DNA of 43,900 nucleotides from Chitinophagales bacterium. Its GTDB lineage: Bacteria; Bacteroidota; Bacteroidia; Chitinophagales; Chitinophagaceae. The translations under genes were made by a program, and so were the position numbers. The DNA lies in NCBI GenBank assembly GCA_013297585.1, contig JAAFHG010000001.1, forward strand, positions 1 to 43,900, written 5' to 3'. Of this stretch, positions 27,255-36,986 are shown piece after piece. A model generated the notes under the pieces. That model made no database searches, was not told the origin of the DNA, and was given only the letters and a program-made list of their open reading frames with translations. Position 1 is the stretch's first letter; every line of letters begins with the position of its first letter.

Positions 27255-27785
27255 TTAAGCAGCCGATGACCAATGAAATAAAACCCATTGTGTTTGAGTT
27301 TCAATTAAAAAGTTTTGCTCATCCCATGTATCACCAAAGCTAAAAGCTTGCACTATTTCTTCTTTTTTAAGTATATCAGTTAGCTATTGAGGTACTTCAT
27401 TTTTGCAAAACTCAAAAGCCTCTGCTGTAATAATGCCTGTGATAGTGGCGGTATATTTCTGCCAAAGTTTTTCAATCTCTATATCTACACCTTGCGTATT
27501 TGTAAAGCCTCTTTCTCCAATAAAATACTCTATAAATTCTGATGCTGTTGGTGTCTCATTACCCCATTCTTACTCCCAAATACATAACATCTGCGTTTCT
27601 TTTTGAAGTAAATACAATAAACCTGTAGTGGGTGTTTTTACCAATGCTTTAGCTACTGTGATGACGCATGCCTTGTTCCAAAATATACTGTCAGTGCTAA
27701 AATCATAAACATCAGCCTGTTACCAATTATTATATTTTAATAATTTATTATGTATTGAGTTGGTAGCTACGGTTAGTAAATTCAT
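27255..27785 (-). pseudogene. 176-codon hypothetical gene with three in-frame stops
   Basis: One frame from ATG 27785 to TAA 27255 with internal TAA (27720-22), TAA (27570-72) and TAG (27384-86). Ends ...FSFGDTWDEQNFLIETQTQWVLFHWSSAA*. Confidence 0.65.
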
Positions 27786-27932
27786 TTATGTGTGATACAC
27801 TTAAGGATTTTTTGTAAAGCATTTTAAAATAAAGATACACTTTATGCTCTATAGATTAAGCTGACAATTTGTTGAATAGCTATTCATTTATGGTATTTAC
27901 AACCAAAAAAAATGCATATAAACACAACCTGT

Positions 27933-27982
27933 ATAAAACAAAACAGGCCGTCAAAAGAGTTTTTGACGACCTGTTTTTATAA
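27933..27982 (-). terminator. Terminator, near-duplicate of the tsf terminator
   Basis: aaaacaggccgtcaaaa-gagt-ttttgacgacctgtttt. Confidence 0.75.
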
Positions 27983-27995
27983 AAGTGTGATTATT

Positions 27996-28373
27996 TTATG
28001 GTTTTTTAGCAGCAGCTTCAGCAGCCATTTTCTTGCGAGCTTCTACATATGCTAGCCATTTATCACCCATTGCATATTGCAATTTCCAATCTTTATCAGC
28101 ATTGGCATCTTTTAATTTTTTAGTTCTTGCTTCAGTCGTTAAAGTGGTATCACTTTTAATTTCATCTTGCTTTTTATATAAATTCTCTAACACTTCTTTT
28201 GCCTTATTTATTTGTTTTTCATCTAAACCTGCCGTTTTTGATGCACTTACCATTTGGTCAAGACTGCTGGCTCTTTGTGCTGCTACATCGGCTTTGGCAG
28301 GAGTAGTATTTTGGGCAAAGCTTACCAAAGCAAAACCTGCAATACAAACAAACGCTAGAATAACTTTTTTCAT
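27996..28373 (-). CDS. Hypothetical secreted helical protein
   Basis: Sec signal MKKVILAF...SFAQ; Lys/Ala-rich helices. Confidence 0.75.
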   Translation of the reverse strand: MKKVILAFVCIAGFALVSFAQNTTPAKADVAAQRASSLDQMVSASKTAGLDEKQINKAKEVLENLYKKQDEIKSDTTLTTEARTKKLKDANADKDWKLQYAMGDKWLAYVEARKKMAAEAAAKKP

Positions 28374-28572
28374 ATAGTAATATATTTTTGGTGAGAAGTG
28401 AATATAGCCTGTGATTTTGTTGTATTTACTGCATTATAAACATTGAAACAGGTAACACCCAAAATAGAAACATAGTAGCCCTATAGAGCCACTACGTATA
28501 ATTTTTTAGTCATTCATGTACAGTATTTACAACAGCAACAATAATTTTTACTAACAAACAGAATAGAGCGAC

Positions 28573-28620
28573 ATAAACCAAAACAGGCCATCAAAATTAA
28601 TTGACGACCTGTTTCTATAA
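28573..28620 (-). terminator. tsf terminator
   Basis: aaaacaggccatcaa-aattaa-ttgacgacctgttt. Confidence 0.75.
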
Positions 28621-28636
28621 CTAGCTACTATTTTAA

Positions 28637-29476
28637 TTAACCTAAAGCAACTCTTACAAAAGAAGCAACTTTCAAGTCTTTGTCTACAGATTTTAAGTAA
28701 TCTTCTACAGATTTGCTACCATCTTTTACAAATGCTTGAGCCAATAATGTTTGCTCTTTAAAGAAGGCATTTAATTTACCTTCAGCAATTTTAGCAACCA
28801 TTTCGTCTGGTTTACCAGCCATTTTAGGGTCAGCTTTCATAGTATCTACTACAATCGCTCTTTCTCTTTCAATAGCATCAGCAGGTACGCTTGCAGCATC
28901 TACAGCAATTGGGTTTAGCGCAGCAATTTGCATTGCAACATCTTTACCAGCTTCGGCAGATTCTTTATTTAAAGCTACCAATACACCCATACGGTTTGCA
29001 CCGTGAATGTAAGAAGCTACGTAAGGTGCTTCTACTCTTTCGAAACGTGCTATACCAATTTTTTCACCGATAGATGCTAATTTATCGTTGATTAATTCTG
29101 ATACTTTAGCACCATTTACAGATACTTCGTTTAATTCTTCAGCGCTTTTAACATCGTTAGCTACTGCTGCATCAGCAATGCTTTGAGCAAAAGCGATAAA
29201 ATCAGCGTTTTTAGATACGAAGTCAGTTTCAGAACTAATTGTGATAGCAAAACCTACTGTGTTAGCAGCATTAGTTTGTGCAATTACTACACCTTCTTTT
29301 GCTTCACGGTCGCTACGTTTAGCAGCAACTTTTTGGCCTTGTTTACGTAACCAATCAATAGCGGCTTCAAAATCGCCATTGGCTTCTGTTAATGCTTTAC
29401 GACAATCCATCATACCGGCACCTGTTGCTTGACGCAATTTATTAATGTCGGCGGCTGTAATAGCTACTGTGCTCAT
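28637..29476 (-). CDS. tsf: Elongation factor Ts
   Basis: LRQATGAGMMDCRKAL and ETDFV motifs. Confidence 0.98.
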   Translation of the reverse strand: MSTVAITAADINKLRQATGAGMMDCRKALTEANGDFEAAIDWLRKQGQKVAAKRSDREAKEGVVIAQTNAANTVGFAITISSETDFVSKNADFIAFAQSIADAAVANDVKSAEELNEVSVNGAKVSELINDKLASIGEKIGIARFERVEAPYVASYIHGANRMGVLVALNKESAEAGKDVAMQIAALNPIAVDAASVPADAIERERAIVVDTMKADPKMAGKPDEMVAKIAEGKLNAFFKEQTLLAQAFVKDGSKSVEDYLKSVDKDLKVASFVRVALG

Positions 29477-29607
29477 AAATTTATCCTCCTGCCCAAATTG
29501 GGCGATTTTATTATTTACAATGGCTGCAAAGTTTTAACTCAGCAGCCATTGTGATTATTATCAAATAGTTAATTGATAGTTTTTTCCCTTTTGGGGTTAG
29601 CTACATA

Positions 29608-30519
29608 TTATCTAGCACCACCACCCGCTGGGCGTCGGTTATTGTTTGCTGGAACACGACGTTTTGGAGCACCACCTGGACCACCTGCTGCTGGAGCATC
29701 AGTACCACGACCTGCACCTCTACGACCACGACCACCTTCAGCTTGTGCCTCTTTTTCTAAGCGGCTAGCTTTGGCTTCGTTTTCGCTGTTGCCATCATCA
29801 ACGCTATCATCTTCATCTTTGTTGGCTTGACGTTCAGCCAAACCTTCAGCAATTGCAGCAGTAATATAGTTAGTAATGATAGCGATAGATTTAGTAGCAT
29901 CATCATTTGCAGGTATTGCAAAATCTACCTTATTAGGGTCAGAATTTGTATCTACCATACCAAATGTAGTAATACCTAAACGTTTTGCTTCTGCTAATGC
30001 AATGTGCTCTACGCTAATATCAACCAGGAATAAAGCAGCTGGTAAACGGCCCAATTGAGCGATACCACCTAATACTTTTTCCATTTTGTCTTTATCGCGG
30101 CTAAGTGTTAAACGCTCTTTTTTAGTAAGGCTTTCAGCACTACCGTCGTTTAACATTTTGTCAATGCTCTGCATTTTTTTAACACTCTTACGTACAGTGT
30201 TAAAGTTGGTAAGCATACCGCCTAACCAACGCTCAGTAGCATAAGGCATGTTTACACGTTGTGCACACTCAGTAACAATTTCTTTCGCTTGTTTTTTAGT
30301 GGCAACAAACATGATTTTTTTACCGCTTTTCGCGATTTGTTTCAACGCAGCAGCAGTTTCCTGTAAATGATCTACAGTTTTGTTAAGATCGATAATATGA
30401 ATACCTTTCTTTTCAGCAAAGATGTAAGGTAACATTTTAGGGTTCCACTTCTTCTTCAAGTGACCAAAATGTACACCGGCCTCTAGTAGTTGTTGTTGTA
30501 ATGAAGTGTTAGCTTCCAT
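29608..30519 (-). CDS. rpsB: 30S ribosomal protein S2
   Basis: LLEAGVHFGH...WNPKM, RWLGGMLTN and PANDD motifs. Start taken at MEAN (30519); Gly/Arg-rich tail. Confidence 0.98.
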   Translation of the reverse strand: MEANTSLQQQLLEAGVHFGHLKKKWNPKMLPYIFAEKKGIHIIDLNKTVDHLQETAAALKQIAKSGKKIMFVATKKQAKEIVTECAQRVNMPYATERWLGGMLTNFNTVRKSVKKMQSIDKMLNDGSAESLTKKERLTLSRDKDKMEKVLGGIAQLGRLPAALFLVDISVEHIALAEAKRLGITTFGMVDTNSDPNKVDFAIPANDDATKSIAIITNYITAAIAEGLAERQANKDEDDSVDDGNSENEAKASRLEKEAQAEGGRGRRGAGRGTDAPAAGGPGGAPKRRVPANNNRRPAGGGAR

Positions 30520-30557
30520 TTTTATAAAGATTATAAGTTTATAATTGTTGTTTACAG

Positions 30558-30624
30558 TTTCAAGATTCAAGCTGCAAGATTCAAGTTTAAGAACTTGTAA
30601 CCTGAACCTTGATACTTGTAACTT
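30558..30624. repeat. Degenerate heptamer repeats arranged as an inverted pair
   Basis: ttcaaga ttcaagc tgcaaga ttcaagt ... acttgta acctga accttga tacttgta act. Confidence 0.7.
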
Positions 30625-30630
30625 ATAGAA

Positions 30631-31020
30631 TTAACGTTTGCTGAACTGGAAGCTTCTTCTAGCTTTCTTATGACCAAATTTCTTACGTTCAACACTACGA
30701 GGATCACGTTTTAACTGACCTGCAGCTTTTAACACTGGTCTAAACTCAGCATTAACTTCTAGCAAGGCACGAGCAATACCTAATTTCGCAGCTTCTGCTT
30801 GACCTTTTAAACCACCGCCTTGTGCATTGATAACGATATCAAATTTGCCAACAGCATCAGCAGTTTTTAAAGGAGCTTCTACTTGGTTTTGTAAGTAAAC
30901 CAAAGGGAAGTAATTTTTATAATCTTTGTCGTTAACGGTAATTTTACCTTCGCCCCTGCTAATGAAAACACGAGTTACGGCTTCTTTACGACGACCAACA
31001 GCATTTTTTTGCTTTTCCAT
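30631..31020 (-). CDS. rpsI: 30S ribosomal protein S9
   Basis: GRRK, GGG..GQA.A and ERKK.G..KAR...QFSKR motifs. Confidence 0.98.
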   Translation of the reverse strand: MEKQKNAVGRRKEAVTRVFISRGEGKITVNDKDYKNYFPLVYLQNQVEAPLKTADAVGKFDIVINAQGGGLKGQAEAAKLGIARALLEVNAEFRPVLKAAGQLKRDPRSVERKKFGHKKARRSFQFSKR

Positions 31021-31037
31021 TTATATATTAATTTGGT

Positions 31038-31053
31038 CCCGATAGCTATCGGG
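31038..31053. repeat. 16-bp palindrome CCCGATAGCTATCGGG between rplM and rpsI
   Basis: Exact copy, extended to tcccgatagctatcggga. Confidence 0.9.
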
Positions 31054-31068
31054 ATGGCGGTTTGTAAA

Positions 31069-31512
31069 TTAGAACTTTAATTCTTTTGGTTGTTGTGCAG
31101 TGTGAAAATGTTTTTCACCAGCATACACAAATAATTTCTTGATCATTTTGCGACCTAAACGGTTTTTAGGAAGCATGCCCTTAATAGCTCTTTCTAAAAT
31201 TACTTCAGGGCGACGTTTGATTAAATCTTCAGCAGCTTCTTCTTTTTTACCACCTGGGTAGCCGGAGAAGTTGATGTAGGTTTTGTCGTGAAATTTGTTA
31301 CCTGTAAAAACAACTTTATCAGCATTGATAATGATTACATAATCACCACAATCAACGTGAGGTGTATAGTAAGTTTTGTTTTTTCCTCGAAGAACGGCTG
31401 CAATTCTTGCACTCATACGTCCTACGGTTTGATTAGTACCATCCACAACATGCCAATTGTGTGTAACGGTAGCCGAGTTGGCGTGTTTGGTTGTAAAATG
31501 TAATTTACTCAT
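31069..31512 (-). CDS. rplM: 50S ribosomal protein L13
   Basis: LRGK.K..YTPHVDCGD and GMLPKNRLGR motifs. Confidence 0.98.
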   Translation of the reverse strand: MSKLHFTTKHANSATVTHNWHVVDGTNQTVGRMSARIAAVLRGKNKTYYTPHVDCGDYVIIINADKVVFTGNKFHDKTYINFSGYPGGKKEEAAEDLIKRRPEVILERAIKGMLPKNRLGRKMIKKLFVYAGEKHFHTAQQPKELKF

Positions 31513-31568
31513 TGTAAAATGTTTAAGTTGCCAATGCTATCCCATTGGACTTTTTTAAATTTGGACGG

Positions 31569-31601
31569 CAAAAGTAGTTAGTATTATGTGAATAAAACAA
31601 A
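31569..31601 (-). promoter_or_regulatory. Bacteroidota housekeeping promoter of the rplM operon
   Basis: Minus strand TTTG (31598-31601), 21-bp spacer, TActTTTG (31569-31576). Confidence 0.65.
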
Positions 31602-31817
31602 CTTTTGTACAAGTATTTTTTATCGCACCCTCACAACTGGTTGATTATCAATAAAAAATTTGCACTTAATTTTTCTTCATTGGCTTAAAGTGCCATTTTA
31701 TCTATCATTTTACCAAATAATTTTACTGAATTACAAGCCTAGCAAGGGTTTTAACACGCACAAAAAAGCCAAGCTCTTTGTAGAAGCTCGGCTAAAAATA
31801 TCAATGAAGATTAAAAA

Positions 31818-32456
31818 CTAGTCTTTATTAGGTTGTGGTGTGTAGCGTAAGTAAGGTTTTACTACCGTTACACCTTTAGGAAATTTAGCGATTGCATCTT
31901 CGGTTTTAATAGCTGGAACTACTATTACATCATCACCTTCTTCCCAGTTTGCAGGTGTAGCTACGCTGTAGTTAGCCGTTAATTGTAAGCTATCTACAAC
32001 GCGCAATATTTCATTAAAGTTTCTACCGGTAGAGGCTGGATATACAATCATTAATTTAACTGTTTTATCTGGCGCAATTATAAATAGCGAACGCACAGTC
32101 ATTGTTGCTGATGCATTTGGATGTATCATATCGTATGCAGTAGCAATGGCTCTGTCTTCATCTGCAATTATTGGAAAGCCTACTGTAACATGTTGTGTTT
32201 CGTTGATGTCGCCTATCCAACCTTTATGGTTTTCTACACCATCAACACTTAATGCCAATACTTTTACATTACGCTTTGCAAATTCTTCTTGCAAAAGTGC
32301 CGTTTTACCAAGTTCTGTTGTACAAACAGGTGTATAATCGGCAGGGTGAGAGAATAAAATTCCCCAACTATTGCCTAAAAATTCGTAAAAATCAATATCA
32401 CCAATTGATGTTTTGGCTTGAAAATTAGGTGCAACATCACCAAGACGTAAACTCAT
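31818..32456 (-). CDS. 1-Cys peroxiredoxin (Prx6)
   Basis: FSHPADYTPVCTTE, YPASTGRNF.E and TPANW motifs. Confidence 0.95.
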   Translation of the reverse strand: MSLRLGDVAPNFQAKTSIGDIDFYEFLGNSWGILFSHPADYTPVCTTELGKTALLQEEFAKRNVKVLALSVDGVENHKGWIGDINETQHVTVGFPIIADEDRAIATAYDMIHPNASATMTVRSLFIIAPDKTVKLMIVYPASTGRNFNEILRVVDSLQLTANYSVATPANWEEGDDVIVVPAIKTEDAIAKFPKGVTVVKPYLRYTPQPNKD

Positions 32457-32534
32457 AGTTATAAATTTTATGACTGCAAATATAATAGTATCCTATAAAC
32501 TTAGTAGGATATTTTTTGTAAAACAATTTTTTCA

Positions 32535-32571
32535 AAAAAAGCCCCGATAACATAGTGTTATCAGGGCTTTT
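32535..32571 (-). terminator. Intrinsic terminator
   Basis: aaaaaagccccgataaca-tag-tgttatcagggctttt. Confidence 0.75.
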
Positions 32572-32592
32572 AAAATATTTGTAAGCGGCTAA

Positions 32593-33426
32593 TTATAAAC
32601 CGCTGATACTTAAGCCAATAGAATACAAATTCATTGAAGGGCCAAAACCATCTTTTACTACACCAAGTACATTAAAATCGCCATGAAGTGAAAATACACC
32701 ATAACCTACACGTGCTGTAGCGGCTAACCGTGTACCATTAAAATAGCGCTTATTGCTTTCTTTTACAATTGCAGTTGGGCCAAAAACACTAACCCCATTA
32801 GCCGTTTGTAAATCTTTACCTTTTGTATAGGCTTTTAATAACGTACCTACTTTGGCGCCTAGAGCAAATTTCCAGCTTTTACCGGGATTTTCTGGATCGC
32901 TATAAAATCTTAATTCAACCGGAATTTCGGCATAAATAGTAGTTAATTTAAATTTTTTGTAACGATTGGTGGCAGATACATCTGTAAAAGGCAATGTACC
33001 ACCTGTACCGTTTACATTAACTCTTACATTATCAAAAAACATATTGCTACTACCAATACCTAAACCATAAGCCACACTAAAACGTGGATCTGTTTTAAAT
33101 GGCTTATCTAGCATTACATATATATTAAGATGGCGACTAAAACCTTTTGTGCGCACACTATCAGGTCGGCTTGTCCATGCGTCACTACCATATTGAATCA
33201 TAAAATGATCAGCAGCCCTATTAGTTAATATTACTTTACTCCAATCTTTTTTCACTTTTGGCGTAGTAATTACTTCTACATTTTGCTTTGGTACACTGGT
33301 TTGAGTTGTTTGTGTTGAATCGGTTTTAACCGTAGTGGTTTTATTTTTCTTTTTAAACAAAGCTATCTGCGCTTGAGAACATGAGAATGTAGCAACAGAC
33401 AATACAAATAGTAATAATTTTTTCAT
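32593..33426 (-). CDS. Outer-membrane beta-barrel (porin-family) protein
   Basis: Signal peptide, YAEIPVELRF, ARVGYG, C-terminal YSIGL. Confidence 0.8.
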   Translation of the reverse strand: MKKLLLFVLSVATFSCSQAQIALFKKKNKTTTVKTDSTQTTQTSVPKQNVEVITTPKVKKDWSKVILTNRAADHFMIQYGSDAWTSRPDSVRTKGFSRHLNIYVMLDKPFKTDPRFSVAYGLGIGSSNMFFDNVRVNVNGTGGTLPFTDVSATNRYKKFKLTTIYAEIPVELRFYSDPENPGKSWKFALGAKVGTLLKAYTKGKDLQTANGVSVFGPTAIVKESNKRYFNGTRLAATARVGYGVFSLHGDFNVLGVVKDGFGPSMNLYSIGLSISGL

Positions 33427-33655
33427 TGTGAGGTTTTAAATAAAAGCTTGTTAGTTTACAAGAATGACAAAAATAAAAGAAATGAGTGCATAAAAAGGGT
33501 TAAAAATAAGCGAAAGTATTTTAAGTAAATATGCAACAGAAGCACATAATGGCAAATTTTTCTATAATATATTCATTGTTTATGCCTTTGCAGTGCTATA
33601 TATTGAAAAAATTAGTGTGTATATTTTCTGTGTTTTGGTGCCCATGTGGCAACAA

Positions 33656-34345
33656 TTACAAGTTTAAATAAGCCATTAAATGGTTGTAGTTTTCTTTCAG
33701 TTCATTGGCAAATTGTTCTTCGCCAAAATAATATTTTACTACATAATCGTATCGCTGAAACGTGGCCAAAATATCACTAATTTCTACCTTGTTTACTTTA
33801 ATAGATACAATTACCAAGCCTGTTTCAGTTTCGGTATAGCTATTAAGTTGGGTAATGTATGCGTCGTTGGTTTCTACCAATCGGCTGATTTCGCCAAAGG
33901 AAAAATTACGCCTTTCTACTTCTAAAACAATAATACCACCAGGCTCCTGCGTACCTAAAAACTTTGCTAAATGTTGTTGTAAAATGTTTTGTGATATACA
34001 ACCAATTAGTTCATCCTGATCTGTTACTACTGGCAAAACAGTGATTTCATACTCAGCCATTAGCTTTAGCGCAGTTAATATAAACTCCTCTTTTTTAACG
34101 GCTGCTTTTACAAATCTATCTTCTAGTACAAGTAAAGTTGTGTTGTCATCTTCATCTAGCAAATCATCTTTGGCTACAAGACCTACCAATTTATCTTCGG
34201 TAATAATGGGTAAATGTTGTACATCATAATCCTCCATTAACTGTAGTGCAAAGCCTGCCTTATCGGTAAGCTGTAGCGAAGGAAATGTTTGCTGAATAAG
34301 TTGTGATGCTAGCATGAAAAATAGATTGCTTACAATGATAGACAA
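33656..34345 (-). CDS. CBS-domain protein (AcuB-like, with an ACT-like C-terminus)
   Basis: HLPII...LVGLV and LPVV....LIG CBS pair; the start is probably MLASQL (34315). Confidence 0.85.
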   Translation of the reverse strand: MSIIVSNLFFMLASQLIQQTFPSLQLTDKAGFALQLMEDYDVQHLPIITEDKLVGLVAKDDLLDEDDNTTLLVLEDRFVKAAVKKEEFILTALKLMAEYEITVLPVVTDQDELIGCISQNILQQHLAKFLGTQEPGGIIVLEVERRNFSFGEISRLVETNDAYITQLNSYTETETGLVIVSIKVNKVEISDILATFQRYDYVVKYYFGEEQFANELKENYNHLMAYLNL

Positions 34346-34350
34346 ACGAA

Positions 34351-35130
34351 CTACAAATTTTTTTCAGCAGGAACCGTTAATTTACTTAAAAAGTTATCTA
34401 GTATGGCGTTAAACTCTTCTGGTACCTCCATCATAGGTGCATGGCCACATTTATCTATAAAATGCAACTCGCTATTTGGTAGTAATTTATGAAATTCTTT
34501 ACCTACAAATGGTGGTGTAATGGTATCATTATTACCCCAAATAAGTAAGGTGGGTTGCTTTATTTGATTGAGTTCTTCACCCAAATTGCTGCGAATAGCA
34601 CTTTTAGCTAGCGCAATAATTTTTATTACTTTTAAACGATTGGTGGTAATTTCAAATAACTCATCTACCAATTCTTTACTTGCCAATGCTGGATTGTAAA
34701 AAGTAAGCTCGGCTTTCTTTTTAATGTACTCATAATCACCACGCTTTGGGTAACTGTCGCCCATACCGTTTTCAAAAAGGCCAGAACTACCAGTAAGGGT
34801 TAATGATTTTATTTTTTCAGGATGTTTTAATGTGTGAACTAGTGCTATATGGCCACCCAATGAGTTACCTAACAAATTTATGCCTGTATAACCACGTGTT
34901 TCTATAAAACTGTGTACATGCTTAGCCAAACCACTTACCGTAGTGTGAAAAATATCCAATTCAAGTAACGGCAACAACGGTACAATTACTTTATAGCGTG
35001 TTTTAAAATGGTCTACTAAATCCGCAAAATTGCTTAGTGCGCCAAATAGGCCATGCAGTAGCAATAGCGGTTCTCCCTCGCCTTCTTCTATAAATTTAAA
35101 CTTTTCTTGTTGTTGTATAGTATAACTCAT
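34351..35130 (-). CDS. Alpha/beta fold hydrolase
   Basis: LLHGLFG, GNSLGGH, WG..D and CGHAP motifs. Confidence 0.92.
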   Translation of the reverse strand: MSYTIQQQEKFKFIEEGEGEPLLLLHGLFGALSNFADLVDHFKTRYKVIVPLLPLLELDIFHTTVSGLAKHVHSFIETRGYTGINLLGNSLGGHIALVHTLKHPEKIKSLTLTGSSGLFENGMGDSYPKRGDYEYIKKKAELTFYNPALASKELVDELFEITTNRLKVIKIIALAKSAIRSNLGEELNQIKQPTLLIWGNNDTITPPFVGKEFHKLLPNSELHFIDKCGHAPMMEVPEEFNAILDNFLSKLTVPAEKNL

Positions 35131-35284
35131 GTCTTATTTTCTAAAGCAAGCAGAATTTTAGCAATGGCTACAAATAAACGCAAAAACGAGCATTAAAAAA
35201 TTGTTTCTGAAAAACAGTTAATACAATCGTAACACTCGTGTGTGCTAAGTTATTGTTTTACAGTTACAAATAAGCCCTGCTGCT

Positions 35285-35824
35285 TTATACCTGCGCTTTT
35301 TTGCCAACTATACTAAAAAATGATTCTAGCTGTATAAACACATTTTTAAACAATGGAATTACATAACCAATACCGTTTATGACTTTAATACCCATTGGTT
35401 GCACAATTGCATAACATTTAGATTCGTCAATAGTGCTTTGTTTTATAATGCCCAACTTATTTGCATAAAATAATACCACACTAAAAATAAGTGTATAAAT
35501 AATGGCGTAAAACAAAATGCCACCAAGCTTATTAGCCCAGCCCATTAATAGCAACTCTACACTTTTCTGTAAAATATTGGCCACCAACCGTAGTACCAAT
35601 ATTACGCCTACCATTACCGCAATAAACGATAAAAATGGCAGCCACTGGCTACCAATATTTACGGTTTTACCCAGCCATGTAGCCATAACAGCCGATAATT
35701 TTACAGCCGCCGCCAAACCCACAATAATTGCCACCAACGATACTACGGATACAATAAAGCCACGTGTATAGCCTTTGTATGCAGCAGATAACATTAGTAT
35801 AAAAAACAAAATATCAATGGGCAT
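35285..35824 (-). CDS. cvpA: CvpA (colicin V production) family membrane protein
   Basis: ID......AYKG..RGF, four TM helices, NKLGG. Confidence 0.88.
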   Translation of the reverse strand: MPIDILFFILMLSAAYKGYTRGFIVSVVSLVAIIVGLAAAVKLSAVMATWLGKTVNIGSQWLPFLSFIAVMVGVILVLRLVANILQKSVELLLMGWANKLGGILFYAIIYTLIFSVVLFYANKLGIIKQSTIDESKCYAIVQPMGIKVINGIGYVIPLFKNVFIQLESFFSIVGKKAQV

Positions 35825-35830
35825 AACAGG

Positions 35831-35902
35831 AGTTTATAGTTTATAGTTTAATAGTTTGAAGTTTGAACAATCATCAATAACCCCAAACTATAAACTTTAA
35901 AC
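35831..35902. repeat. 7/8-mer tandem repeats arranged as an inverted pair
   Basis: agtttat agtttat agtttaat agtttga agtttga ... aaactat aaacttt aaact. Confidence 0.7.
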
Positions 35903-35907
35903 TGTTT

Positions 35908-36360
35908 CTATTTACTCAATAACTCTTTTACTACTGCAGAAATGGCTTTGCCTTCAGCCTTGCCAGCTAATTGCTTACTTGCAACACCCATTACTTTGCC
36001 CATATCTGCTGGTGAGCTAGCACCTACGGTTGTAATAATTTCAGCAACAGCAACTTTTAATGCGTCTTCACTTAATTGTTGTGGTAAAAACTTTTCTATT
36101 ACCGTAATCTCTTCACTTTCTTTTGTAGCAAGGTCTGCACGATTTTGCTGCACGTATATTTCTAAGCTATCCTTACGTTGCTTTACTAGTTTTTGCAATA
36201 ATTTCAATTCGCCATCAGCAGTTACCACACCACCAGCACCTGGGTCAGTTTTAGCTTTTATAATTTCAGCTTTTATCGCTCTTAAACCACGCAAAGTGCC
36301 TTCATCTTTCGCTTTCATGGCATCTTTCATTAAGTCCATTACTTGTGCTTCTAAGCTCAT
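35908..36360 (-). CDS. yqeY: GatB/YqeY domain protein
   Basis: MKDAMKAKD...LR.IK, KQRKDS, FLPQQLS and DMGKVMG motifs. Confidence 0.95.
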   Translation of the reverse strand: MSLEAQVMDLMKDAMKAKDEGTLRGLRAIKAEIIKAKTDPGAGGVVTADGELKLLQKLVKQRKDSLEIYVQQNRADLATKESEEITVIEKFLPQQLSEDALKVAVAEIITTVGASSPADMGKVMGVASKQLAGKAEGKAISAVVKELLSK

Positions 36361-36428
36361 ATTTTAGTTTTTTAATTGTTATTTTTAGTATAAACGTTTT
36401 TACGTTTCACCATTCACGTTTCATCTAT

Positions 36429-36773
36429 TTATCCTTTGTTTTCCTTCAACTGTATTTCTCTAAACTTTTTATTAAAGTCTTTGGCAAATGTTTTCATCTC
36501 GTTTACCAATTCATGTTGATGTGTGGCACGGTCAAATGTATCGGCCATAGACATAAATGTTTGAAAATAGAAGTCAGCCATTTCATCTACCATCATTTCT
36601 TTGGTCCAAAGATCTATACGCATAGCGCTTTTGTCTTCACCATCCCAAAAAGCAAGCATCATGGCTTTAGATTTCTGCATCATATCTGCGTTGCTATCTG
36701 TGGCCGTCCAATTAATACTTTCAGGCACTTTGTCCTTATCTAAGGTAACTTCTACTGTAATAGTTGATTTCAT
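36429..36773 (-). CDS. gldC: Gliding motility protein GldC
   Basis: V.LD..KVPE.I.W.A.D...WD.......RIDLWTK.M.VDEM. Confidence 0.92.
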   Translation of the reverse strand: MKSTITVEVTLDKDKVPESINWTATDSNADMMQKSKAMMLAFWDGEDKSAMRIDLWTKEMMVDEMADFYFQTFMSMADTFDRATHQHELVNEMKTFAKDFNKKFREIQLKENKG

Positions 36774-36805
36774 GTATTATGTCGGTTTTTAAAATTATTT
36801 TGTTT

Positions 36806-36893
36806 TTTGCCTCCCGCAGATACGGCTGATAAACGCAGACCAAAATAATACCTTCGGTATTATCTGCGAAAATCGAGAGATCAGCGGGGCAAA
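36806..36893. repeat. CCCGCAGAT-type palindromic element with an internal hairpin
   Basis: tttgcctcccgcagatacggctgataaacgcaga...[ataatacc-ttc-ggtattat]ctgcgaaaatcgagagatcagcggggcaaa. Confidence 0.7.
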
Positions 36894-36986
36894 TGCTTTG
36901 TATATGCATACTGTATCATTGCTACGAAACAGCAAAAATAAGCATGCCTTAGTAATGTATTTAAACAGATTTTTAAGCGTTTACTA

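Noticed and set aside
13847-27785. Genome-wide stop-codon reassignment
   Set aside because: Housekeeping genes here terminate normally with TAA (tsf, rpsI, murA) and TAG (Prx, yqeY, helicase). The in-frame stops are limited to two accessory genes.
29608-29830. Gly/Arg/Pro-rich S2 tail as a separate feature
   Set aside because: Variable low-complexity C-terminal extensions are common in S2.
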